The notes under the pieces were generated by a model, which did no database searches, had not been told where the DNA came from, and saw nothing but the letters and a program-made list of their open reading frames with translations. 64,000 nt of DNA from Parcubacteria group bacterium (lineage in GTDB: Bacteria; Patescibacteriota; Minisyncoccia; Moranbacterales; UBA9337): the NCBI GenBank assembly GCA_041662245.1, contig JBAZSW010000004.1, positions 11,454 to 75,453 of the forward strand, read 5' to 3'. A program made the position numbers and the translations under genes. Positions 39,777-49,106 of this stretch are shown piece by piece; position 1 is the stretch's first letter; every line of letters begins with the position of its first letter.

Positions 39777-39869
39777 AATTTAGGTGTTAGCTTTTTAGTT
39801 TTTAGCTTCTTAGGTAATTAAAATTATTCGAAAAACTACTAACTACTTTCCTAATAAGCTAATAGCTGT

Positions 39870-40979
39870 TTATATTTTACTCTGCTTTGATATATTGAGC
39901 AATATTCCCATCGCTACCATAATAAAAATAAAAGAAGTTCCTCCATAACTGATAAAAGGAAGGGGAATACCCGTAAGAGGAATAATAGCTAAAATAGCAG
40001 AAATATTTACAAACGCCTGAAAAATAACCCAACTTACAATTCCAATTGCTACAATTTTGCCAAAATCATCAGGCGCATTTCTGGCAATTCTTATTCCTCT
40101 AAAAGCAAAAGCGATAAACAACAAAACTACTACTGTCGCTCCTATCATTCCCAATTCTTCCCCTATAATCGCAAAAATTGAATCTCCTACGGGCTCTGGT
40201 AAATAATTGAATTTTTGGCGACTATGTCCTAGTCCCACTCCCAAAATTCCTCCTGAACCAACAGCTAACAAGGCCTGAGTGATTTGATAGCCCACTCCAC
40301 GCGGATCATGTTCTGGATTTAAAAAAACTAACATTCTATTCAGTCGATAGGGCTCCATAACGATTAAGCCCGCCAAAGCCACTATACCACTGAAAAAAAT
40401 TCCCCACATATGAGAAAGATTTGCCCCTGAAACAAAAAACATAGCTATAGAAATTAAAATGACCACACCCAATGTCCCTACGTCTGGTTGTTTAATAATC
40501 AAAAACCCCATAATAGCCAAAATTCCCAAAAAAGGAATCATCCCTTCATAAATATCCCTAATGCGATCTTTTCCTCGACTAGCTAGCCATGCTGCTAAAT
40601 ACAACACCATAGAAAGCTTAGCCATTTCTGAAGGTTGAAAAGAAATAGGTCCTAAATTTATCCAACGACTAGCTCCATAAATATTTTTTCCGACTCCTGG
40701 AATAAAAACTAAAATCAAAGCAACTATCGTAACAATAAAAAATGGTACGGCAAATTTTTTCCATACATGATAATCTATCCGACTAAAAAAATATAATGCT
40801 AAAAATCCAGGCAAAAATCCATAGAGAAATTGATGAGAAATAAAGTAGTTTTGATCACCAAATCTAGTCTTGGAATATAAAACACTAGCACTAGCAATCA
40901 TCATCAATCCAAAAACAGACAAGGTAAAAATTATTGTCAGCAAGGGCTTATCCATTTGTCTAGTTTCTTTTTTTTCCAA
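39870..40979 (-). CDS. ftsW: FtsW/RodA/SpoVE (SEDS) family peptidoglycan polymerase.
   Basis: SEDS-family polytopic profile with the PLPFISYGGTS C-terminal motif. Confidence 0.88.
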   Translation of the reverse strand: MEKKETRQMDKPLLTIIFTLSVFGLMMIASASVLYSKTRFGDQNYFISHQFLYGFLPGFLALYFFSRIDYHVWKKFAVPFFIVTIVALILVFIPGVGKNIYGASRWINLGPISFQPSEMAKLSMVLYLAAWLASRGKDRIRDIYEGMIPFLGILAIMGFLIIKQPDVGTLGVVILISIAMFFVSGANLSHMWGIFFSGIVALAGLIVMEPYRLNRMLVFLNPEHDPRGVGYQITQALLAVGSGGILGVGLGHSRQKFNYLPEPVGDSIFAIIGEELGMIGATVVVLLFIAFAFRGIRIARNAPDDFGKIVAIGIVSWVIFQAFVNISAILAIIPLTGIPLPFISYGGTSFIFIMVAMGILLNISKQSKI

Positions 40980-41018
40980 TTTTTTATATTTATTTAACTT
41001 TAACTTAAACTCTAATGT

Positions 41019-41807
41019 TTATATACCGCTATTTTCTTTTTTCCACTTCTCAATTTCCTTATGATTTCCACTGAGTAAAACGTCAGGAACTTTCCAGCCG
41101 TTGAATTCTTCAGGTTTAGTGTAATGAGGATACTCGAGACTAAATTTTGAATTTTTAATTTTGAATTTTGAATTCTCATCTTCCATTTGTGAACTATTTT
41201 TAGCTTCCTTTGTCTGTGAACTGTTGACTGCAAACTGCAAACTACTGCCAAAGCTTTCTTCCATTAAAGACTCCTTATTTCCCAAAACTTCCGGCAAAAG
41301 TCGACTAACTGAATCCACTACAATCATAGCAGGAATCTCACCACCAGTTAAAACATATTCTCCAATAGAAAACTCTTCATCAATAATATTTTGAGCTACT
41401 CGTTCATCCACTCCTTCATAACGTCCACAAATTAAAATTAAATTTTTATATTGAGCCAACCTCTTGGCATCCGCTTGGGTATATTTTTTTCCCTTAGCTG
41501 AAAAAAGAATCACCCGAACGTTTTTAGAATTTGATATTTGGAATTTCGAATTTGTTTGTAATTTGGAAATTGGAACTTGAGATTTTAAAAATTGAACACA
41601 CCTCCAGATGGGTTCAATTTTCAATACCATTCCCGCTCCACCTCCATAAGGAGTATCATCTACTGTTTGATGTTTATCTGTAGCATAATCGCGAAGATTG
41701 TGAATTTTAATTTCAATCAAATTTTTCTTTTGCGCCCGCGCTAAAATAGACTCAGCAAAATATGAATCAAAAATCTTGGGAAAAATTGTAATAATATCAA
41801 ATTTCAT
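41019..41807 (-). CDS. trmD: tRNA (guanine37-N1)-methyltransferase TrmD, with low-complexity insertions.
   Basis: MKFDIITIFPKIF..YGGGAGMVLKIEPI SPOUT knot signature. Inserted NSKF/KIKNSKF repeats are encoded by AAATTCGAAATT-type simple DNA repeats. Confidence 0.88.
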   Translation of the reverse strand: MKFDIITIFPKIFDSYFAESILARAQKKNLIEIKIHNLRDYATDKHQTVDDTPYGGGAGMVLKIEPIWRCVQFLKSQVPISKLQTNSKFQISNSKNVRVILFSAKGKKYTQADAKRLAQYKNLILICGRYEGVDERVAQNIIDEEFSIGEYVLTGGEIPAMIVVDSVSRLLPEVLGNKESLMEESFGSSLQFAVNSSQTKEAKNSSQMEDENSKFKIKNSKFSLEYPHYTKPEEFNGWKVPDVLLSGNHKEIEKWKKENSGI

Positions 41808-42087
41808 GGTTTAGCTTATTAGGTATTAGGTTATAGCTTATTAGTTTTTAAAATAAAATTATATAGACATGTCATTTCGATCAAATAAATTTATACGTGG
41901 AGAAATCTTAATTAAAAAATTAAAACAATTCAACAATATAACAATTCCAACACTTAGAACATTAATCATCTTACCATTTTTTATTAAAATTAAAAAGCTA
42001 TATCAATCCCCCATATATTAAATAAAACCTCTTGCAAGGTATCGACCTCACAAGAGATTGGCAAAATTTTTATATTATCGTTTTCTT

Positions 42088-42399
42088 TCATTTTCTTTCA
42101 AAAATGTAGTCAACTATAGCGTTCACCGTTTCCAGTGTGGTAGCATCCCTTTGAGAAATTTCCAGACCAAATTTTTCTTCCGCATCCATTATCATTTGAG
42201 TCAAATTCAGAGAACTCAAACCCAAATCATCCACTAGAGAGCTACTTGGATTCATTTCTCTCTCCTCAATACCTGTTTGCTCCACAATTGCCTTAGTTAC
42301 TATTTTCATTATTTCTTGCCTAGTCATAATAATGCCTCCTTTGACATATAGAAATTTTTCTAAAAAAAATAATAAGATTGCTAAAATTAAATATACCAA
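42088..42399 (-). CDS. Acyl-carrier-protein-like small protein. The real start is probably the internal Met (MTRQEIMK, ~42324).
   Basis: Phosphopantetheine-attachment-like DDLGLSSLNLTQMIMDAEEKFGLEI. Confidence 0.55.
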   Translation of the reverse strand: MVYLILAILLFFLEKFLYVKGGIIMTRQEIMKIVTKAIVEQTGIEEREMNPSSSLVDDLGLSSLNLTQMIMDAEEKFGLEISQRDATTLETVNAIVDYIFERK

Positions 42400-42453
42400 A
42401 AAATATACATAATATCAAAGGGTGTCTGCATAAATCATACCGACACCCTTTTT

Positions 42454-42753
42454 TTAATTTGACAACCCTTTGCCATATAAGGTACTGATGGCATCTTCAA
42501 CAATCAAATTATTTCCACTCACCACTTGCACATTTTTTTCTTTTTTTAAATGAACAGTGATGATTTCCTGACCGCTTCTGACGACAACTACCCCAGTTGC
42601 CCTGGCAAATTGAAAGATGCGTTCAATTGATGGAGGTTCCTCCTCGTCAATGATAATTATTTTCTCGCCAGGTTCTCTGTCGCCAGTTTTATTAATACCA
42701 ACTCTGTCCACCTCCCCTTTCCTAAAAATTTCCGCTTTCATATCGTGCCTCAT
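42454..42753 (-). CDS. Hypothetical protein (99 aa).
   Basis: ORF with locally elevated GC. Overlaps the upstream ORF by 4 nt (coupled). Confidence 0.45.
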   Translation of the reverse strand: MRHDMKAEIFRKGEVDRVGINKTGDREPGEKIIIIDEEEPPSIERIFQFARATGVVVVRSGQEIITVHLKKEKNVQVVSGNNLIVEDAISTLYGKGLSN

Positions 42754-42974
42754 AATCTTCTGACATAATCGTCAAGATGCTCAGCCACATTGAAATCCGA
42801 ATACTGCTCACAAACATAGGCTGCCACACGGGTTGGTCGTTCATTGTGCATCAAAAAATTATAAAGATTCGTAAATTCGAAAATAACTTTCCCTCCAAGT
42901 CCCTCTGGCAGTCTGCTTCTCTTCTTTGATCTCTCTACAAACTTTTCCCAATCATTCAAAGGATGCTCGTTCAT
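42750..42974 (-). CDS. Hypothetical protein (74 aa).
   Basis: ORF with locally elevated GC (~42% vs ~30% background). First gene of a three-gene mini-operon with the ACP-like gene. Confidence 0.45.
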   Translation of the reverse strand: MNEHPLNDWEKFVERSKKRSRLPEGLGGKVIFEFTNLYNFLMHNERPTRVAAYVCEQYSDFNVAEHLDDYVRRL

Positions 42975-43142
42975 TCTTATTCACCTGTGGTTTAAAATTT
43001 ATCGGATAAGGTTTAATAAAAAACCAGTTAGACGGACTTACCAAGTTAGCACATTACACCAGTTTAGTCAAATAAATAACTTAATCCATCTTGCCTTAAT
43101 TCAATTTTACTGATATTATTTCCATTGTATTTAAAAAAATAT

Positions 43143-43232
43143 GGAGAGATGGCTGAGCGGTCGAAAGCGACAGTCTTGAAAACTGTTGTGCCTTTACGGG
43201 TACCGGGGGTTCGAATCCCTCTCTCTCCGCCA
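43143..43232 (+). tRNA. tRNA-Ser (anticodon TGA), CCA encoded.
   Basis: ggagagatggctgagcggtcgaaagcg..cttgaaaactg..long variable arm..gggttcgaatccctctctctccgcca. Cloverleaf folds by hand. Confidence 0.85.
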
Positions 43233-43380
43233 AGTTAAATCCTTAACCTAAGGATTTTTTATTTAGTAAATAATTTTATAGATAATTATTTGCTAACGTA
43301 TTAAAATAAAATACTAAAATATTTTATGTTATTGAGTTATTGTGCTATAATCCAAATATAAAATTATTACTTCAAATAAA

Positions 43381-43944
43381 ATGGACTTGCACAAAAATAT
43401 TCCTCCCCAAAAAAATGTTCACATCAATCATGAAGGCGAATATCTCGAAAATCCCCATGATTTTATGCTAGAGCAAAACAATCATAATATTCTATTGCAT
43501 TGGCAGGGACCGGAGTATGAACATTATCCCAAAGAGAAAATTTGGTACAGTGTTGCAGCTCTAATTTTATCGGCTATTATAATTTATGCCCTTGTTATCA
43601 ATAGTCCTATCATGGCAATTACCTTTGTTTTGATTGGCGCGGTAGGTTACATTCAACTAGAAAAATTTCCTCGAGTTTTGGATTTTAAAGTAACCAATGA
43701 CGGCGTAATGGCAGGAGGAGAACTTTATGAATTTGATAACATAAAATCATTTTGGATATTTTATGAACCGCCTCATACTAAAATTCTCAGTCTCCACACC
43801 GATGCAATGCTCACTCCTTTTATTCATATTCCTGTTCACCAGATAGACCCCGTTAAACTGAGAGAAATACTTATGGAGTTTGTACCTGAAGAAAAACAAA
43901 AACCCACGCTTGTTGACACGATCGAAAGACTTCTGCATATATAA
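43381..43944 (+). CDS. Hypothetical membrane protein (two TM helices).
   Basis: ORF with a TM hairpin at residues ~55-95. Confidence 0.45.
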   Translation: MDLHKNIPPQKNVHINHEGEYLENPHDFMLEQNNHNILLHWQGPEYEHYPKEKIWYSVAALILSAIIIYALVINSPIMAITFVLIGAVGYIQLEKFPRVLDFKVTNDGVMAGGELYEFDNIKSFWIFYEPPHTKILSLHTDAMLTPFIHIPVHQIDPVKLREILMEFVPEEKQKPTLVDTIERLLHI

Positions 43945-44039
43945 AAAACGCCAATGCTCCGAAAGTCTGCTAGGACTCTCGGAGTCTTTTCATCCATAAG
44001 TTTATATGATAGGATACGCTAGTATTTGAACACAAAATT

Positions 44040-44113
44040 GCTCTCGTAGTTCAACGGATACCTGTCCGCAGTGCTACAGCGTTGCAGGCGGGGAACGCGA
44101 GTTTGGCAAACTC
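44040..44113 (+). pseudogene. tRNA 5'-half fragment (positions 1-43 of the downstream tRNA-Arg) interrupted by a 33-nt GC-rich H hairpin element at 44061-44093.
   Basis: gctctcgtagttcaacggata [cctgtccgcagtgctacagcgttgcaggcggg] gaacgcgagtttggcaaactcg. No T-arm follows. Confidence 0.7.
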
Positions 44114-44158
44114 GGCAATGTAAGTTAGAGGCAACATTTATAAAGACAAGCAAAATGA

Positions 44159-44230
44159 GCTCTCGTAGTTCAACGGATAGAACGCGAGTTTGCGGAACTC
44201 GTAATTGAAGTTCGATTCTTCACGAGAGCA
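44159..44230 (+). tRNA. tRNA-Arg (anticodon GCG, an unusual choice), no encoded CCA.
   Basis: Hand-folded: acceptor gctctcg/cgagagc, D gttc/gaac, anticodon stem cgagt/actcg with loop ttGCGga, T tgaag/cttca with ttcgatt loop. Confidence 0.75.
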
Positions 44231-44263
44231 CATCTATTTTAAAAAACGCCCGTTTGGCGTTTT

Positions 44264-45565
44264 TTAACTTTCTATAAATTCTTTTTTTCTCCAAGCTTTA
44301 GATTGGCGACAAAGTATTTTTTGGGCTTCTTGCGGATTTAACATTATTTGTTCAATTACTTTCTCCATCCGCATGCCTTGCGAACCTTTTACTAAAATTA
44401 AATCTCCCTCACTGATTATATTTTTTACAATTCTTCCCGCCTCGACTGGATTATCGAAAAACAAAACACTCTTTATATAATTATCACTTCCCAATAAATT
44501 TTGAACTGCCTCACGCATCTTTTTGCCTACTAAAATTAACTTGTCAAATTTTCCTTCCAAAACAGTTTTTATCACATCCGCATGTCCTTTAGCAGAGTCT
44601 TCTCCTAATTCAAACATATCACCTAAAATAACAAATTTTCTATTAGCCTTTATTTGATCCAATGTCGCAATGGCTGCCAAAGCTGAAACGGGGGAAGAAT
44701 TGTAAGTGTCGTCAATTATCAAACTTCCACTCACTCCTAAAATTAAGTTCATCCTCCCGCGAGGTGATTGGAAATTTTCCAGAGAAGCTAGCGCATTAAT
44801 TAAATTAACCTTAAAATACTCACCTACTGCCACGGCAGCCAAAGCTGCATAAAGTTGATGCTTGGCAATAATTCGAGGTAGTCGCAAAGGAATGATTTTT
44901 CCTTTAAAATTTAACTTAAAACTCAATCCCCTAGAATTTCCTTTCTCGTCATAATTAAAGCGAACGTCCGTCACCTTGATATCAGCTTCCTCAGTAAAAC
45001 CGTAAGAAATTATTTTTGCCTTTATTGTTTCTAATTCTTCTTTGATAAACAGATTATCCGTATTTAAAATAGCCACGCCACTGCCAGAAATTGATTTTAC
45101 TAAAATGCTTTTTTCCTTAGCAATCGCCTTTATGTTTTTGAAAAACTCCAAGTGACTTGAGGAAATATTGGTTAAAATACCCACCTCCAATGGAATAAAA
45201 TCCATAAGATATTTCATATCCCCCGGTCTATCAACAGCCATCTCTAAAACTAAAATTTCAGGATATCCCCAAGGAGTAATCAACCAAAAAATCCATTTTA
45301 AAAAAACTACCAGCCATTTAAATAAATTTTTTCCACCAGTTTTAGCGCCAATAATAGTAAGAGGAATTCCAATTTCATTATTATAATTTTCTTCATTCTT
45401 CCTTACCTTAAAATTATTTTTTAAAACCAAAAAAACCGCCTCTTTGGTGAGAGTTTTACCCACAGAGCCTGTTATTCCCACTACTTTAGGCTTATGTCTC
45501 TTCAAAATAATCACTGCCATAAACCGCAGCACTTTCTCTAGATAAATTATTTTTTTCGATTTCAT
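44264..45565 (-). CDS. murF: UDP-N-acetylmuramoyl-tripeptide--D-alanyl-D-alanine ligase.
   Basis: Mur ligase P-loop GITGSVGKT and central/C-terminal Mur ligase domains. Follows ddl as in dcw clusters. Confidence 0.85.
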   Translation of the reverse strand: MKSKKIIYLEKVLRFMAVIILKRHKPKVVGITGSVGKTLTKEAVFLVLKNNFKVRKNEENYNNEIGIPLTIIGAKTGGKNLFKWLVVFLKWIFWLITPWGYPEILVLEMAVDRPGDMKYLMDFIPLEVGILTNISSSHLEFFKNIKAIAKEKSILVKSISGSGVAILNTDNLFIKEELETIKAKIISYGFTEEADIKVTDVRFNYDEKGNSRGLSFKLNFKGKIIPLRLPRIIAKHQLYAALAAVAVGEYFKVNLINALASLENFQSPRGRMNLILGVSGSLIIDDTYNSSPVSALAAIATLDQIKANRKFVILGDMFELGEDSAKGHADVIKTVLEGKFDKLILVGKKMREAVQNLLGSDNYIKSVLFFDNPVEAGRIVKNIISEGDLILVKGSQGMRMEKVIEQIMLNPQEAQKILCRQSKAWRKKEFIES

Positions 45566-45594
45566 GAAATTAAATGATACTTTTTTAAAAAATA

Positions 45595-46797
45595 TTATTC
45601 TTTTTCCTCTTTTTTTATTTGTAGCTTTATCGAATTAGCAAAATTAAGAATATCTGACTTAAAAGTAGATGTTATTTTATTTTTTTCTCGATGTTGCTCT
45701 ATGGCTAAACTGATTAATTTTTCAATAAGCCCGCCCAATTCTAGTCCGCTCGCTTTCCAAAGATGATGGTAAAGAGTTCCCGGCATAGCATTAATTTCAT
45801 TAGCATACACTTTTCTGTTTAGCTTATCATAAAGAAAATCCACTCGAGCCGTTCCAGTACAATTAAACAATTTATAAATCCTCACCGCCATATTCTGCAC
45901 TTCCTTGGTAGTTTTTTCATCAATTCTTGCTGGAATTATAATGCCCCCTTTTGCATTTCCCAATTGAGCACCACCGTCTTTGAGATATTTATCTTCATAA
46001 TTAAAATGTTCCCCTTCAAAAACAGCTTCTTGTACCAGAGAGGCTACGGGCTCAGAATTTCCCAAAACAGCACAAGTGATATCCATTAAATTTTCTACAC
46101 TTTCTTCAACAATAATCCGATTATCATAATGAAGCGCTATTTCACAAGCATTTTCTAATTCTTCTCGATTGCTAACCTTGGCAATACCGATAGAAGAACC
46201 TAGTCTAGCTGGTTTTATAAATACTGGCCAATTTAATTTTTCAATTTTTTCTATTATTGAGTTTTTATTATTATCCCAAGTAATCTTTGTAAAATAAGTA
46301 AATTCTGTCGTAGGCATGCCACAGCTCTTATAAATTTGTTTAGTAATAATTTTATCCATAGTTATCGCCGAAGAAGCTACTTCGCAACCACTATAGGGAA
46401 CATTGCTAAGTTCAAATAATCCTTGAATTGTGCCATCTTCCCCATTGGCTCCATGAAAAGCAGGAAAAGCTAAGTCAATAGATATTTCTTTGGCCAATAG
46501 TCCTTTATTCTTCAAAACCAATTTATTGTTTGAAGCTTCTAGAGACACCCAGCAAGACTCCATCTTTTCTAAATTTTCTTCCAAATTTTTATCAGTAAAA
46601 AATTTCAGAGCCCCTAAACTTTCGGAAAAAAACCAGCGCCCTTTTTTATCAATATAAACAGGAACAACCTTATAGCCAAGTTTTTTTAGTTCAGCTATAA
46701 TCATTTGTCCGGTTATAATAGAAACCTCATGCTCCGGATTCCGGCTTCCAAAAAAAACACCTATATTTATTTTATTCTTATTCATATCTATATTCAT
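45595..46797 (-). CDS. ddl: D-alanine--D-alanine ligase.
   Basis: ATP-grasp fold, N-terminal IGVFFGSRNPEHEVS, C-terminal ARVDFLYD...NEINAMPG. Confidence 0.88.
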   Translation of the reverse strand: MNIDMNKNKINIGVFFGSRNPEHEVSIITGQMIIAELKKLGYKVVPVYIDKKGRWFFSESLGALKFFTDKNLEENLEKMESCWVSLEASNNKLVLKNKGLLAKEISIDLAFPAFHGANGEDGTIQGLFELSNVPYSGCEVASSAITMDKIITKQIYKSCGMPTTEFTYFTKITWDNNKNSIIEKIEKLNWPVFIKPARLGSSIGIAKVSNREELENACEIALHYDNRIIVEESVENLMDITCAVLGNSEPVASLVQEAVFEGEHFNYEDKYLKDGGAQLGNAKGGIIIPARIDEKTTKEVQNMAVRIYKLFNCTGTARVDFLYDKLNRKVYANEINAMPGTLYHHLWKASGLELGGLIEKLISLAIEQHREKNKITSTFKSDILNFANSIKLQIKKEEKE

Positions 46798-46924
46798 AAT
46801 ATTTATAAATTAATTTTAATGCTTAAGCTACTACAACCTTAGTTTCTAAAAAATAATATTTTTTAGAACTGCCGATGCGGATGCGAAAAACGAGAAAAAA
46901 TATTTGAAAGCGTAATTTATAGGT

Positions 46925-48289
46925 TTAAAAATAATTATCCGTTAAATCATTTTGAAAAATTATTGTATCTCCTTTTTGGAGAATATTGCTTAAATCATTA
47001 TGAGCCTCTTGGGTATTTTTGTAAACCTTATAATTAATAAACCCGCTCTTTTTCATTCCCATAATTATAAAGTTAACCATTTTACTCTTTATTAGCATCA
47101 CCAAATCAACATTTTTTGCATAAAGCTCTCCAATTTCTTCATGTATTTCCTGCGCTCGAGAACCTAATTCCACAAGTCCGGGGGTAAGTACCACTTTCCG
47201 ACCTGTTGCTTGTTTTAAAACCCAAATACCGCTTTTAATGCCATTTAAGTTTCCATTATAACTGTCATCAATAACCATAATATCTGTATGGGTATTATAA
47301 ATCGGTTCCAAGCGATGCTTCACGGGACACACAGCTGCCACCCCTTTAGAAATATCATCTAACGAAAAAAGAAATTCTTGGGCAATTTTTGCGCAAAGCA
47401 TAATCAAAGCAATATTGTGCTGAGCTAACAAACTAGTTTCAAAATTGTTACCCTCCCATCTGAATTTTAATCCTTTAAAATTTTCTCTAACTAAAATATC
47501 TTGAGCATCCTGCTTAGAAATTCCTATACTTTTTTTAAAAGCAAAACGAGAGTAATTTTTTTTGAGGTTTTCATCATCAAAGTTAAATAACGCCAACTCC
47601 TGAGTATTTTGAGAAATTTCAAATTTTGCTTCAATAATATTTTCCAAACTTCCAAAACGTTCCAAATGAGATTCATTAATACCTGTTAAAATTGAATAAA
47701 GTGGTTTCACCATCTCACAAATTTTTTTTATTTCTCCTTTTTGATAAGCTCCCATTTCCACCACGAAAATAGTCCCTTCTTTAAATTTGTCTTTATTTTT
47801 TATAATAAAATCGGCAATACCAATATCCGTATTGATATTTTCTGGAGTTTTTATGACCTCAAATTTTTGGGATAGAATAGTTGCCAAAATTTCTTTGACA
47901 CTAGTTTTGCCATAACTTCCTGCAATTCCAATAACTTTTACTTTACTAGTCAAAATGATTTTTCTAGCATTATTAATTTTTTTCTGCTTCAATATCATAT
48001 CCAATGGTTTAATAATCAAGAAAGCTAGACCCACGAGAAAAGGAAGTATTATGATCAAAATTGGAATTATACAAAATCCAATTATTCCCAATTGAATAAA
48101 AAATATCCCCACAATGATCCAAAAAAGAAGTTCTGTCACTAACCATAAAAGACGAGCTTTGGCAGTCCAGACTATTTTTTGTCTATTTTCTAAATTCCAC
48201 CACGCCAAATGAACGTAAACAAATCTAAAAAACCGACTAAAATAATAGTTTTCACTTTGAAAAATATAAATAAGATTTTTAAGTATCAT
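46925..48289 (-). CDS. Mur ligase family protein (MurE-like by dcw position) with an N-terminal membrane anchor of ~2-3 TM helices.
   Basis: P-loop GIAGSYGKTSVKE and Mur ligase middle/C domains. The first ~95 aa are hydrophobic helices, which is atypical. Confidence 0.7.
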   Translation of the reverse strand: MILKNLIYIFQSENYYFSRFFRFVYVHLAWWNLENRQKIVWTAKARLLWLVTELLFWIIVGIFFIQLGIIGFCIIPILIIILPFLVGLAFLIIKPLDMILKQKKINNARKIILTSKVKVIGIAGSYGKTSVKEILATILSQKFEVIKTPENINTDIGIADFIIKNKDKFKEGTIFVVEMGAYQKGEIKKICEMVKPLYSILTGINESHLERFGSLENIIEAKFEISQNTQELALFNFDDENLKKNYSRFAFKKSIGISKQDAQDILVRENFKGLKFRWEGNNFETSLLAQHNIALIMLCAKIAQEFLFSLDDISKGVAAVCPVKHRLEPIYNTHTDIMVIDDSYNGNLNGIKSGIWVLKQATGRKVVLTPGLVELGSRAQEIHEEIGELYAKNVDLVMLIKSKMVNFIIMGMKKSGFINYKVYKNTQEAHNDLSNILQKGDTIIFQNDLTDNYF

Positions 48290-49047
48290 CTAATTTGAGC
48301 TAAAAATATTTCATTAAAATCTTTTTCATTATCCAAAAAAACATAGTGTCCCGCCTTGGGAATGATATATAATTGCGAATTTTTAATTAATTGGTGCATT
48401 AATTTTCCATTATTTGAAGGGGTGTCTGTATCGTTTTGCCCCCAAATCAGAACAGTTGGCATAATGATTTTAACTAAATCATCGGTTAAATCTTCGCTGA
48501 TAACATTTAAATACGTATCTTTTAAAGCGCCCGAATTTATATAATCTTCAGAATCAATAATTTTGTAAAACCACTTTCTAGCTATAATTCTTACCTTTTG
48601 AATTCCTGGCAAAGAAAAAAATAATTTAAAAAATTTAGCAATAATGAAATAAATATATTTTTTGATGTTTTTCTTTCGAATACCTGCGCTCCCAATCAAA
48701 ATTAATTTTTTTATTTGATTACCCTCGGCACAATATTTAATCCCAATAGCACCTCCAAAAGAATGACCAGCGAGAATGGGATTTCTGATTTCTAATTTTT
48801 CCAGAAAATCTTTAACAAAATTTGCATAATCATCCAATGACCATGGGGTCTGAGGCATTTCACTGTCACCAAATCCAGGTAGATCAATCGCTATAAAGTT
48901 TTCACATTTAGCTAAAGTTTTTTGAAAATGACTAGCCTGCGATCCCCAACCATGTAGAAAAATTAAAATATTATTTTTATCAATAACCCTACTTTGATAA
49001 TATTTGATATGAAGATTTTGAATAATAATATCTTTTCCTTGTAGCAT
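48286..49047 (-). CDS. Alpha/beta hydrolase fold protein.
   Basis: Nucleophile elbow GHSFGG and an HGWGS-type oxyanion region. Embedded in the dcw cluster. Confidence 0.75.
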   Translation of the reverse strand: MLQGKDIIIQNLHIKYYQSRVIDKNNILIFLHGWGSQASHFQKTLAKCENFIAIDLPGFGDSEMPQTPWSLDDYANFVKDFLEKLEIRNPILAGHSFGGAIGIKYCAEGNQIKKLILIGSAGIRKKNIKKYIYFIIAKFFKLFFSLPGIQKVRIIARKWFYKIIDSEDYINSGALKDTYLNVISEDLTDDLVKIIMPTVLIWGQNDTDTPSNNGKLMHQLIKNSQLYIIPKAGHYVFLDNEKDFNEIFLAQIR

Positions 49048-49106
49048 AAATATTTCTTAAAAGCATAAAGCTAAAAACAATGATCATAAAATATAATCCC
49101 GCCAAC

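Noticed and set aside
41012-41251. 79-aa minus-strand ORF
   Set aside because: It lies inside trmD in another frame. It is low-complexity sequence caused by the AAATTCGAAATT simple repeats.
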